Assembly (NCBI GenBank): GCA_965222115.1 | Contig: CBDCTJ010000007.1 | Coordinates: 864,001-928,000 of the forward strand | Length of the DNA stretch: 64,000 bases | Reading direction: 5' to 3' | DNA from: Planctomycetota bacterium | Lineage (GTDB): Bacteria > Planctomycetota > PLA2 > JAEUHO01 | Part shown: positions 40,426 through 50,244 of the stretch, one piece after another | How positions within the stretch are numbered: the first letter of the stretch is position 1 | Layout of the letters: each line of letters begins with the position of its first letter | Program-made: the position numbers and the translations under genes | Notes under the pieces: model-generated | What the model saw: only the letters and a program-made list of their open reading frames with translations | What the model was told of the DNA's origin: nothing | Database searches by the model: none

Positions 40426-40675
40426 CTAGCCCGGACTATTCATGAAGCGTGCGCCGATGAGTCTCTAAGCCCGCGTCCATCTGCCTTTGGCCGCCCAAAC
40501 GTGGTAACGTTCGGCATCTACAGTTTGTTCTCGCGAAGGATTCGGATTCAAGATCGAAGCGGTGGTTCTGAGGCGATGCCAAAAGCATCGTCGAACGGTT
40601 CTCCGCAAAGAGATTGGGTTCGAAGACCAGCGAGAACCGCGCGATTTTCGCTAGTTCATGAATAGTCCGGGCTAG
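40426..40675. mobile_element. Non-autonomous MITE (250 bp)
   Basis: Perfect 21-bp inverted repeat CTAGCCCGGACTATTCATGAA (40426-40446) / TTCATGAATAGTCCGGGCTAG (40655-40675); no credible ORF inside. Confidence 0.8.
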
Positions 40676-40716
40676 GGCTAGTGGCACTATTGTTGTGCCC
40701 GTTTGGAGGATTCACG

Positions 40717-41997
40717 ATGTCGAGTCGAGTTGCCGTAGTAGTGGGGATCGTCTGTGCCGCCCTGTTTGGGGTAGCCCCCAATGTGTGTGCAAAGGACGGG
40801 GCCAAGCCACCTGCGTACACCGTCGAGAGCATGTTTCCGAAGGAGGCGCCCGAAGGCTGGACCGTTAAAGAAGACGAAAGCAACACGGTCGCTGGGCTCA
40901 ATGAAAAAGCACTCATGGCGCTCGCAAAGGCAAGCGGTACGGATGTGGACGACGTATTTGTCGTCGAGCGCCTCTTCACCAAGGGGAGCGAGTCGGCAAA
41001 GGTCGCGTTGATTGATGTGGACGCCGACCCCGCCGCGCTTCGCACCGCGTTGGATACCGAAGCCGCGGCCAAGGGATGGTCGGTGCTTGCGCTTGGCAGC
41101 CCCATGCGTCTGATGGTTGTGGGCGGTCCCGAGGGCGCGCGCAACGCTGCGCACGACGTGATGAAAGAACATGTGATCCATTACTTGTGTGAGATTGCAT
41201 ACAAGCGTCTGCATGTGCCGCGTAAGACAGAAGCTGTGCGCGCAGCCGCGGAGAAGTTCTTGAGCGCGGCGCGATCGATGGCGCCGAAGGCGGGGATTGC
41301 CTATGCCATTGAAGGCATTTCAATGCATGACGAGGGCAAATCGATCGAAGGGCTCGCTCGGCGCGCTCGTGCACAACTCAAGATGCTTGAAAAAGCGGAC
41401 GAATCCCCCGGCAAGGCTGAGGTCGTCAAGACGCTCACTGAGCATGCCGAAAAGGCGGAAGCTTCTGCTAAGGATTTGCTGAACAATAGCATTCCGCTGC
41501 TTACCAAGGGGCTCAAGTCAACGAATTACCCGCCGAAGGGGCTCAACTCATTTCGCACCGGAGCCAAACTTGGATCTCTGATTTTGGTGCTCAAGAAGAA
41601 CGATTCAATCGATCTCGCCATCGAGGCCCTAACGAAGGCCGCCAACGCGGAGGCGCATAGTCCCGCTACGAGGTTTGTATTCGGCAATCGCTATGACCTC
41701 GCGTGTGCGTATGCGCGCGCTAAGAAGAACGACGAAGCGCTACAGTGGCTTCAAAGGGCCTTTGAGATTGCGGAGACTTCATTGTCCAAACAGGATCTCC
41801 ATGGGAATTACACCCACTGGGGCAAAGATCCCGACCTTGACGGCTTGCGCGACTTGCCGAAATTCAAAGAACTGATGACGAAGTACAAGCCCAAGGGCTA
41901 TAAGCCGCCAGAAGAGAAGAAGGACGAAGATAAGAAAAAGGACGAAGAAGAGGGGAAGGACGCTCCCGAACAATCGGTCGGGCCCTTCTGGCTCTAA
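40717..41997 (+). CDS. Exported helical protein with C-terminal TPR-like repeat
   Basis: GGAGG RBS, signal peptide, YDLACAYA....DEAL.WL..A...DPDL..LR TPR-end motif. Confidence 0.75.
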   Translation: MSSRVAVVVGIVCAALFGVAPNVCAKDGAKPPAYTVESMFPKEAPEGWTVKEDESNTVAGLNEKALMALAKASGTDVDDVFVVERLFTKGSESAKVALIDVDADPAALRTALDTEAAAKGWSVLALGSPMRLMVVGGPEGARNAAHDVMKEHVIHYLCEIAYKRLHVPRKTEAVRAAAEKFLSAARSMAPKAGIAYAIEGISMHDEGKSIEGLARRARAQLKMLEKADESPGKAEVVKTLTEHAEKAEASAKDLLNNSIPLLTKGLKSTNYPPKGLNSFRTGAKLGSLILVLKKNDSIDLAIEALTKAANAEAHSPATRFVFGNRYDLACAYARAKKNDEALQWLQRAFEIAETSLSKQDLHGNYTHWGKDPDLDGLRDLPKFKELMTKYKPKGYKPPEEKKDEDKKKDEEEGKDAPEQSVGPFWL

Positions 41998-42000
41998 CCC

Positions 42001-42045
42001 TCATTCCACGCGCTCAAAGAGCGCCGCCAAGCCAAGGCCGCTGAT
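42001..42045 (-). repeat. Displaced 3' end of the thiolase gene (att-like direct repeat)
   Basis: Encodes (IS)GLGLAALFERVE* on the - strand; 42008-42041 matches 52591-52624 at 32/34 nt with a 23-bp perfect core. Confidence 0.85.
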
Positions 42046-42525
42046 TGGTTCATTCTTTCGGCCATGCCCGACCCGTTCGCGATCGCCGGTCTAAACGATG
42101 CCCTCAAGGACATTCAAGGCGCGCAGAAACACGGAAATGAGAACCTGCGTCTATTGGGAGTCATCCTTTCCGGCGTCGATGCTCGCACGAGGCTCGCAAA
42201 GAGCCTGACCGCGTACGTCAAAGACATCTTCACAGCCGATGGCATTCCATCCATGAAGTTCGAATCCGAGGTGAGTCGCTCAACCGTTGTTCCTCGGGCT
42301 CAGCGGGTCGGAAAGACGCTCTTTCAGACGGCGCCGAAGCACAAGATCACGGAGCAGTACCGGGCGATTGCGAAAGAGATTGAAGAGCGCATTCGCAAGT
42401 TCTCTTCTTCGTCTTCGTCGGTAAGTGAGACCGTCGATCGAAAGTCGAAGGCGAGCGCACCGGTGGGGGAGGGGGAAGAAAACGTTGTAGCCATCTCTGA
42501 CCGTAAAGAGGTCGCAAATGGCTAA
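42037..42525 (+). pseudogene. parA: 5'-truncated ParA/Soj-like ATPase
   Basis: AADWFILSAMPDPFAIAGL, LRLLGVIL, VDARTRL, EQYRAIAKEI match the C-terminal half; no Walker A; starts at the island junction. Confidence 0.7.
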
Positions 42526-43048
42526 GCGAGCACCCAAGGCCGAGCACCCAAGGCCGAGCACCCAAGGCCGAGCACCCAAGGCCGAGCAACCTTACGAGCC
42601 AGTCAAAGAGTCGCTCATTCGGTCAGTGTTGAACCCCGGTTCAAAAGAAGCTACCGCGCCACAAGTGGCTCCGCAGCCCGACCCATCTCCTCTGCCGCCG
42701 CCTCCGAGGCCTAGAGCAGTGCCTACACAGCTACCAACTGCTGTTTCGATGCCGCGTACTGTTGCGCCTAAGAAGCGCGAGAAGCGGCTCCTGCTCTCAG
42801 TGCAGGAAGAAGCCGAGATCGAGCGGCTCGTGCAGAAGATTGCGGCCGAGCTAGGAACGACGTTGAAGCTGAGTCACGTTCTCAGGGCGAGTATTAGGCT
42901 CTTGCTTAGCGCTGAAGACGAAATCGTTCGTCACGCTCGCACGGAACCCCCGATGAATCGCCCTCCGAATAGTCAGCATGAAGCAATAGCGGCTTTCGAG
43001 GAACGACTCGCGTATGTCTTGCAACGAGCGTTAAGTCTAAATGGCTAG
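42518..43048 (+). CDS. Small ParA-partner-like protein (putative centromere-binding protein)
   Basis: Overlaps the parA stop; disordered Pro-rich N-terminus, then a strand-helix-helix-like KRLLLS..EE.EIERL..LSHVLRASI region. Confidence 0.55.
   Translation: MAKRAPKAEHPRPSTQGRAPKAEQPYEPVKESLIRSVLNPGSKEATAPQVAPQPDPSPLPPPPRPRAVPTQLPTAVSMPRTVAPKKREKRLLLSVQEEAEIERLVQKIAAELGTTLKLSHVLRASIRLLLSAEDEIVRHARTEPPMNRPPNSQHEAIAAFEERLAYVLQRALSLNG
42527..42588 (+). repeat. 14-bp tandem repeat CGAGCACCCAAGGC x4 plus 6 nt
   Basis: Perfect units at 42527, 42541, 42555 and 42569. Confidence 0.95.
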
Positions 43049-43149
43049 CATCACGGGCTCGTATTTGCCTTGACAATATATAGGTACTAGTTCCAATAAT
43101 ACCTTCTGGGTGCGGGCTGTCTGTTCTCGGAGTTTTGTGAGGGAGAGAC

Positions 43150-43662
43150 ATGAGTAACCGTACGAGAGTCATTGCCTCCTCTAGTATTGGCGCATTCATA
43201 ATCGGCTTGTTGGTAACCAGCTCATTCTTCGCCAGTAACACGTGGGTGCAGACTGCGGATGCGAATCCAGCAGGTGGCGGTTCGCGCAATTTGTGCCATG
43301 CTGGCGAACGTGTTGGTGCCCCCAATGAACGGCCCAACTTGCCATGTGCTAGGTGCAATCCCAAAGGGCCGAACACCCAACCAGCGGCTCCGCCGCAACC
43401 GCCGAAGGGAAATCAGCAGCCTCAGCCTGGAAACAAGCGCGGTCCGACAACGGGATCTGCGTCTAACTCATACTCGGCTAGCTCGACCGTAGTGACGGGT
43501 GTACTAGGAGAGTCGACTACGACTTTTGGCGATTCTCCTACAACAGGCGGGGGAGTTCTTGATCCAGATAGAGGGGCCATTGACCTGACCGTCCCTCTGC
43601 TTTCTGCACAGAAAGCACCATCTAAGAAGCCTCCGGAACTTATGGACGACGATCCAACCTGA
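43150..43662 (+). CDS. N-terminal segment of the RHS protein (signal peptide, start of a DUF6531-like domain)
   Basis: Hydrophobic signal; same frame as 43783..48534, separated by TGA at 43660 and 43681. Confidence 0.7.
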   Translation: MSNRTRVIASSSIGAFIIGLLVTSSFFASNTWVQTADANPAGGGSRNLCHAGERVGAPNERPNLPCARCNPKGPNTQPAAPPQPPKGNQQPQPGNKRGPTTGSASNSYSASSTVVTGVLGESTTTFGDSPTTGGGVLDPDRGAIDLTVPLLSAQKAPSKKPPELMDDDPT

Positions 43663-43782
43663 CTTTGGCCACCCCCAGTTTGAATTCCAGATTCTGGAAA
43701 GGGCCCGGGTGGCTCTGCCGATCTTTACAGCTTCGATAAACCCCTAGAACTTAGGTACGACTCTCAAGTCAGTATTAACAGG

Positions 43783-46700
43783 ATGACAGGGAATTGGTGG
43801 TTCCCATTTGATATTTATCTTGTGCCACAACCGAACGGCGACGTCCTATATTATGAGCCAGGAGTTACAGGATCTCAATATGTATGGAACCCTGGGGCAG
43901 GTACGTTCTCAAGCCCTCCAGGTGCATTTGACGTAATGGCGAAAACCACTTCTGGTTGGACGCGGACCACTAAAGATGGTGTTGTGTGGACGTTCAACTC
44001 TTCTGGATATCTGACGTCAATCCAGAATCGAAATGGGCTTGCGACAACGTTCTTGCGTGATCCGAACAATCGGCTGCTTTCTTGGACGGACTATGCGGGA
44101 CGAACAACAACCGTTTCATACAATGGGAACGGATACGCAACGTCAATCGCCGACTGGGGAGGACGAAGTGTTTTAATGTCATACACGTCGCAGGGATATC
44201 TTTCGTCCATTTCATACCCCGCTACGACGTACTACTTAAGCTCAACTCAGTCAATTGTTACGCGCAGAAGAACTCTCAGCTTCTCGTATGTGACTGGAAC
44301 AGGAACGTCAAGTGACGGGAATTTGATCTCCATTAGTGACGACAACGGAAACGTGGCATTGTCGAACACATATGACGGGTTTGATCGAGCTTTAAGTACC
44401 ACCTCTCGCGGACGCCAGTGGAGCTACCAGTACATCTCACCCAGCGTTGTGCGTGTTGTCGACCCCGATGGAGTCACCATCGACTACGCGCTCAATGGTG
44501 CAGGAATGATTTCGACAAAGACGATATGGACCCAGTCGGGTTTGGGAGGACCCGCCTTGAGGCCAGGGGAGCCTCAGAATTACGTGTGGACATATGAACG
44601 AAACGACATCTGTGGCTGTGCGCTTATCACAAAGGTAACGAATCCAGATTTGTCATGTGTTTCGTATCAGTACGATGCATGGGGAAATCTAACAAGTTTG
44701 ACGAGCTCGAATTCAGCAAGCTCAGATTCTAGTACACAAGTGTGGACTTACGCTGGTTTCGCTCAGTATTGCAGGTGCCTGACTTACGTTTCAGCTCGTG
44801 GAAATGCACCTGGCGCGACGGTGAACGACTATAAGACGATTTGGACATATGATACTTCTGGCAATTTGACAAGCGTTCGATATCCCAAAGTTTTCATATC
44901 TGGATCAGCTGCATTCCCGACCGCCACAATCACGCGCAATGCCGCTGGCTTACCAGTAACGCATGTAGATATCGGCGGAACAGTTACCGCATATCAATAT
45001 GCTCCAAACACGTATGATCTTACTTCTGTAGTTCTTGATTCCGGCGGTGTAGGATCGACAACGACCGCAACCTACGACCAATATGGTCGCGTGGTAACCA
45101 TGACCATGCCTACTGGAGAGACTTGGTCGTATACGTACAACGCCATGGATCAATTGATCCAAGTTGATGGGCCGCAGCCTCTGGCGCCCGTAGTGACACG
45201 TCTTTACGACGAACAAAACAATGTGTACAGGGTTGAAATCGAAAACAAGAACTCGACTGGCGTGCTAGACCCATCAAATCCGTTACTAAGCGCCTACCAA
45301 ATTTACAATGCCAACAACCAGCTTGTTCAAATCAAAGAAGAGGTGGATTCCAGTACTACAGCCGTCATCCAGGCTCAGTATACGGCGGCCGGTCGGCTTT
45401 CTCGGGTGATAGACGCTACGGGGCGTACTACGGATTTCACCTATGACGAGCGCGGGTTTAGGCATACTGTTACGCTAGGCGCAGGCACGTCGTCGGCATC
45501 TACGACATCATTTGATTACGATGTTAACGGGCGACTCTGCAAGAGGATCGACCCGAGAGGATTTTCTACAACTTGGACGTTTAACCACGCGTCAAGGCCC
45601 GTTTCGATTGTGTATCCCGATGGCCAGTACGAGCAAGCTACATGGGATGAAGACTACAATCAGACAAAATTCTCCACATATAGCCCGAGTGGTGTCTTGA
45701 TAGAGCAAACTAAGTATGCGTTCGACGGTATTGGTCTTATTCAATCCGTAACGCGCGATCTAATTGACCCGCAGGGATCTGTATCGCAAAGCTATGTAGC
45801 TAGTACTGAGTACGGCGCGCGTTTGCAGGTGACAAAGAAAACAAGCCCTGCGGGGATGGTAGAGTTGTATGCTCGAGATGCACTTGGACGCATTTTCTTG
45901 CGAACGAGTCCTTCCTCAACGATCTCGACACAGTACGATCTAAGTGGTAGGCCTACTTCTGTAACGCGAAGTGAAGTCAATGGAGTCACAGGATCGAACG
46001 ATGCTGTGATAGATGAATTCTTGTACGACGCTCTTGGTCGTATAACATCCGTCACTAAGCGCGATGCAGCGTCATCGATACTTCAAACTATGACGTTTGA
46101 ATGGGACGGCCTCGATCGACTTGTCAAGGAGTCCGATTTTTCAGGAAATACGGTGTCAAGAACGTTTGATGGCAATGACTGTATGTTGCAGGAAGTTATG
46201 GACCTTCGCTCTGGCGGAACCGGCACAGGCGCAATAATCGGTTCGATTACCATGCAATTTACATATGACAATGCGGGGCGCATTCTGACCGCGACAGATG
46301 GGCGCGGAAATACTACCACATATGCGTATGATCCGCTGGGCCGGCCGGCCGGCGCTACATTCGGGGCAGGGGCAAGCTCGTTCGTTTACGACGCTTCAGG
46401 GAACTTGCTCTCCAATACGGACAGGCTCGGGAATGTAGTTTCATCTACATACGATAATAGAGATAGAATCATTGGGCGCACCATTGCCCTAGCAGCAGGC
46501 ACGATAGGAACTACAAACGAAACGTTCTCTTACGACTCGCGTGGTCGTTTGGCTACCGCTGTAGACAACGACTCAACTGTTTCATGGGTGCGTGATTCTC
46601 TAGGACGTCTTGTGTCAGAAACACAAAACGGACGGACCTTGTTGTATTCGCGAGATGCGGATGGTCGAATGACCGCATTGACGTACTCTGATGGGACGGT

Positions 46701-48534
46701 TGAGAGCGTCGCTTATGACTCGTCATCTAGGCCGTCGTCAACGTCGATTGGCGCGAACTCTTTGGTGACGTATAAGTACTCTGGTACGCGAGTGTTGTCC
46801 GCAACGCGCCCGTCCAGCGTGGTAACGACTATTGGCTACGATGCGCTAAAGCGACTTACTAGTGTTGAGCACGTTAAGTCATCGGCAATGATGAAGAAAT
46901 TTACGTACGCTAGATTCGCTAACAATAAAATTGCATACGAAAAGCGGCATCATGCCGGAGGGGCGGGAGACAACTACAGTTACGATAGCGTCTACCGATT
47001 GATTCAGGCAAAGATAGGCGTTGCTGACCCGGCCCTCGAATACGCTACGCCGGGATCGCAGACCACAGTGAGTATTCATAATATGAGTTACGACGCAGCG
47101 GCAAATCGCATTGCAAATGTAGTGACAGGAGTTGGAGCGGGCACCACTAGCTACACGTCGGACTCGACAAATTTCTATACATTTGTTGGAGGTGCAGCGT
47201 ATCAGCGAAACGCTGAAGGTGCATTGGTAGATGATGGGTCTCGCCTTTATGCATATGACTATGCGAATCGCCTTGTGGAAGTACGTAACAAACAAACGAA
47301 CAACGTGATTGCAACCTACGAATATGACGCGCTGGGCAGGAGACTCAAGAAGTCTGCGGGCGACAATAAGAAGACATTCGTTTGGATGGATATGTTGTTG
47401 GCAGAAGAGCACGACGCTGACGGCATGTTTTCGCGTAGGCACTACAACCATATAGATGGAGAAGTTGTCGCTGCGTGGCACAGGGATCTGCTCGACCTGG
47501 ACGCCGATCAGTCCACGTCAGATATGGTGTGGGTATATCCGATGTACGATGGCGCCTTCGACTGTATTGGACTATTGGGTCCGACTGGCGCCTTGGTAGA
47601 AAGCTACGTATTCTCGTACGATGGGCGCCCAACTATTACAAATGCTGCAGGCTCGACGCTCTCTGTTAGCGGGATGGCGTGGCAGACAGGATATGGAAAT
47701 TTGTATAGGGATGATGAGACGGAGTTGAAGTATGCGCTAATGCGCTACTACAGCCCATCGCTTGGAAGATTTACTGTTGAAGATCCAGCAGGCCGTTGGC
47801 ATGATCCTGTGAATACGGGAAATGGATATGCATATGTAGGCAACTCGTTTCGTAATGCTGTAGATCCTACAGGTCTAAAGACCGCGAATAATTGCTGCGG
47901 GAAATTCGCTGTTGTTGTCCAAAATGATCCTATTAGGTTCAACATGCCACATCCGATACTTCAGGAGATTGAGGACAAAATCGGACTTGTTGGAGCATTT
48001 GGTAACGCAGTAGCTAAGAGCAAGGTTCTTGGCATCGGGCGCGTCATGAACGCGCTAAATGCTAAGCAGAGGAGTTCAAATCGAAGGATGGGAATAAGGC
48101 ACTTCAAATGGTCAGGTAAGAATAGTGATGAGAATCAGAAAAAGGCTGCTGACTATGAGCAGTGGATGAGAGTCCACGCGAGGTGCTTAGATATAATCGT
48201 AGTTTGGGGTCACGGAGGAGGTGGAAGAGTCGAGGCATTTGGAAAGCTATACACAGCTCAAGATTTGCTTGGACGATTTATCGGACGCCGACTCCGCGGT
48301 AAGAATCCTAGAAAATTGTCGCTAGCCGTCCTGGGCGCGTGCTTTAGCAATGCGGCTGGATTCGAACCATATGCCGCCAATGTACATGGGCATGACGGAA
48401 GCACTGCTAACCCTGCCGCTTCCAATATCGGACTAGCGGGAGACGCCGCAGACGATATCGCCGGAGAGGGAGGAAGTCGTCGGGTGTATGTTCCGCCTGG
48501 CGGCCATGCCCATAATGGAGTCGGATCTAGGTAG
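43783..48534 (+). CDS. RHS/YD-repeat polymorphic toxin with caspase-like C-terminal domain
   Basis: Many YD..G repeats; RHS core RYYSP.LGRF..EDP...NGYAYV.N..N..DPTGL; C-terminal domain with IVVWGHG and LAVLGAC. Confidence 0.9.
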   Translation: MTGNWWFPFDIYLVPQPNGDVLYYEPGVTGSQYVWNPGAGTFSSPPGAFDVMAKTTSGWTRTTKDGVVWTFNSSGYLTSIQNRNGLATTFLRDPNNRLLSWTDYAGRTTTVSYNGNGYATSIADWGGRSVLMSYTSQGYLSSISYPATTYYLSSTQSIVTRRRTLSFSYVTGTGTSSDGNLISISDDNGNVALSNTYDGFDRALSTTSRGRQWSYQYISPSVVRVVDPDGVTIDYALNGAGMISTKTIWTQSGLGGPALRPGEPQNYVWTYERNDICGCALITKVTNPDLSCVSYQYDAWGNLTSLTSSNSASSDSSTQVWTYAGFAQYCRCLTYVSARGNAPGATVNDYKTIWTYDTSGNLTSVRYPKVFISGSAAFPTATITRNAAGLPVTHVDIGGTVTAYQYAPNTYDLTSVVLDSGGVGSTTTATYDQYGRVVTMTMPTGETWSYTYNAMDQLIQVDGPQPLAPVVTRLYDEQNNVYRVEIENKNSTGVLDPSNPLLSAYQIYNANNQLVQIKEEVDSSTTAVIQAQYTAAGRLSRVIDATGRTTDFTYDERGFRHTVTLGAGTSSASTTSFDYDVNGRLCKRIDPRGFSTTWTFNHASRPVSIVYPDGQYEQATWDEDYNQTKFSTYSPSGVLIEQTKYAFDGIGLIQSVTRDLIDPQGSVSQSYVASTEYGARLQVTKKTSPAGMVELYARDALGRIFLRTSPSSTISTQYDLSGRPTSVTRSEVNGVTGSNDAVIDEFLYDALGRITSVTKRDAASSILQTMTFEWDGLDRLVKESDFSGNTVSRTFDGNDCMLQEVMDLRSGGTGTGAIIGSITMQFTYDNAGRILTATDGRGNTTTYAYDPLGRPAGATFGAGASSFVYDASGNLLSNTDRLGNVVSSTYDNRDRIIGRTIALAAGTIGTTNETFSYDSRGRLATAVDNDSTVSWVRDSLGRLVSETQNGRTLLYSRDADGRMTALTYSDGTVESVAYDSSSRPSSTSIGANSLVTYKYSGTRVLSATRPSSVVTTIGYDALKRLTSVEHVKSSAMMKKFTYARFANNKIAYEKRHHAGGAGDNYSYDSVYRLIQAKIGVADPALEYATPGSQTTVSIHNMSYDAAANRIANVVTGVGAGTTSYTSDSTNFYTFVGGAAYQRNAEGALVDDGSRLYAYDYANRLVEVRNKQTNNVIATYEYDALGRRLKKSAGDNKKTFVWMDMLLAEEHDADGMFSRRHYNHIDGEVVAAWHRDLLDLDADQSTSDMVWVYPMYDGAFDCIGLLGPTGALVESYVFSYDGRPTITNAAGSTLSVSGMAWQTGYGNLYRDDETELKYALMRYYSPSLGRFTVEDPAGRWHDPVNTGNGYAYVGNSFRNAVDPTGLKTANNCCGKFAVVVQNDPIRFNMPHPILQEIEDKIGLVGAFGNAVAKSKVLGIGRVMNALNAKQRSSNRRMGIRHFKWSGKNSDENQKKAADYEQWMRVHARCLDIIVVWGHGGGGRVEAFGKLYTAQDLLGRFIGRRLRGKNPRKLSLAVLGACFSNAAGFEPYAANVHGHDGSTANPAASNIGLAGDAADDIAGEGGSRRVYVPPGGHAHNGVGSR

Positions 48535-48608
48535 TTCGAGTGGTTTCATTTGAAGCAAACTGTCGAGCGTGTTCAGGTCGTTCTGCTTGCGCCATTCGCC
48601 TGTGGGGC

Positions 48609-49721
48609 ATGCCGCTCATCACTATTCTGGCAATACTGATTTCTACTGTGGCGGTGCACGGTAGATCTGAGGCAAATGCGGAAGTTAGAAGAATCGATGA
48701 GAATCTGAAAGACAAGGATCTCAGTGTGCGACGAAAGGCCATTGAGCAGGCGCACGATGTGATCCAAAGAATGTGGCGTGGGCAACTATGTTTAGATGAA
48801 GCGTCGGAGGACATTCTATTCGGGAGAGTTGTCCCAATTCTAGTTGGCAGGTTTGAATCACACGATTCGGTGGCCATAGGCGGTGCACTAGACGTCGTAA
48901 GCTGTATGCCAGACAGTGTTCACGCGTACATGAAGAGAAATAACCTAGCTTCACTTCCCATAGACGTAGATCAGGTGATTCGAGGAATAAAAAAGACGAA
49001 ATCGTTCAGGGCGATAAAAATCCTTAAGTACATCGAGCCTGTTCCAAACAAAGCCATTAAGATGGCCGATTGGATGCTTAAAAATGATACGGAGCTGGGA
49101 TCCGCGATCGAGTTGCTCCTTGAAGGTGGCGATAGTGGGCATGACGTACTTTTTCGCGAGTTTGTCCATGGTAGTGGTGAGAAGAACTTCCTAATCGCTG
49201 AATACATGGGAGAAGTTCTTATTCCGGATTCATTGGCGATGAAAATAATGGGGACCTTGGGGCGTAGCAAGTCTCCGGATGCGCGGTGGTTTGCGACTAG
49301 GGCTGTAAGAAAATCAGTAAATGATAAATCGACCTTCCTTAAAATACTAACCGACCGTTTATCAGATTCGGATCCAAGCGTTGCAGCAAACGCCGCAAGG
49401 GCATTCGGGTCAGGCGGACCAAGAGTTTCATTTGTATTGCCAAAACTACATAAGTTGCTCGAGACGGATGCTCGAAACGGCGCGGCGGAAGCAATTTGTC
49501 ACATTGGCCCTAAAGCGTATATGACAAAAGCATTGGCGAAATCATTGTCCAGTAAAGATGCTTCAACAGTTAGATATTGCTTGTGCTCACTTGAGAAATT
49601 GGGCGCATTGGCGAAAGAGGCGTTGCCAAGCATTCGCGCGTTGTCCAAACGAACGCCATCGCTAACGAGTGCGGAGAAAGAGGTTGTAGCGAAGACGATA
49701 AGAGCAATAGCAGGAAAGTAG
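48609..49721 (+). CDS. Exported HEAT-repeat protein, candidate immunity protein
   Basis: Signal-like N-terminus; L.DKD..VR..A, L.DSDP.V...AA.A, LG..AKEALP repeats; directly downstream of the toxin domain. Confidence 0.7.
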   Translation: MPLITILAILISTVAVHGRSEANAEVRRIDENLKDKDLSVRRKAIEQAHDVIQRMWRGQLCLDEASEDILFGRVVPILVGRFESHDSVAIGGALDVVSCMPDSVHAYMKRNNLASLPIDVDQVIRGIKKTKSFRAIKILKYIEPVPNKAIKMADWMLKNDTELGSAIELLLEGGDSGHDVLFREFVHGSGEKNFLIAEYMGEVLIPDSLAMKIMGTLGRSKSPDARWFATRAVRKSVNDKSTFLKILTDRLSDSDPSVAANAARAFGSGGPRVSFVLPKLHKLLETDARNGAAEAICHIGPKAYMTKALAKSLSSKDASTVRYCLCSLEKLGALAKEALPSIRALSKRTPSLTSAEKEVVAKTIRAIAGK

Positions 49722-49830
49722 TGAGCGTTCTACCAAACGCGCCGTGTTCTAAATTTCAAGCGTGGTGCCAACCGGATCGGATACTACCTCGACATCAGTA
49801 TCTTGAGCGCTTTTTGGCGTCGGCTCAATC
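49721..49830 (-). mobile_element. Right-end remnant of a second, related IS66 (inverted)
   Basis: Aligns to the reverse complement of ~52225-52332 (tnpC tail plus IRR), e.g. CATCAGTATCTTGAGCGCTTTTTGGCGTCG versus CATCAGCATCTTGAGCGCTTCTTGGCGTCG. Confidence 0.8.
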
Positions 49831-49908
49831 AAGGTAAGCGTTTCGCTAAACCCGCCTTGTGCTCGCGCTAGTTCTTGCCGACGCTCTTGACCTTTCGGAG
49901 GTCACGCC

Positions 49909-50244
49909 ATGTCGAGTGTGTCGAAAGTCCGCCGAGGTCGCGCGTTCTACGAGAAGTTGCTAGCTCGTCGGGAGCGTGAGGGGACGTCGTGGAAGGAGCT
50001 GTCGGAGGAATCCGGCGTTCCGATCGCGACGCTTTACGACTGGTCGCGGCGGTTTCGAAAGGAGCGAGAGAGTTCTGGCGGTCGTGGTCGCCGTGATTCC
50101 GGGTTCGTCAACGTTGTCGCCGACGACGTCGCCGACCCACCAAGGGTTGAGATCCGGCTGTCCAGCGGTCGCGTCCTTTGGGTGGACTTGGCATCGGATC
50201 TGAACGCACTTGGCCAACTGATTACGATGCTAGAGTCGTGCTGA
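49909..50244 (+). CDS. tnpA: IS66 accessory protein TnpA (HTH)
   Basis: SWKELSEESGV..ATLYDW.RR HTH, F..V, VEIRL.SG motifs. Confidence 0.85.
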   Translation: MSSVSKVRRGRAFYEKLLARREREGTSWKELSEESGVPIATLYDWSRRFRKERESSGGRGRRDSGFVNVVADDVADPPRVEIRLSSGRVLWVDLASDLNALGQLITMLESC

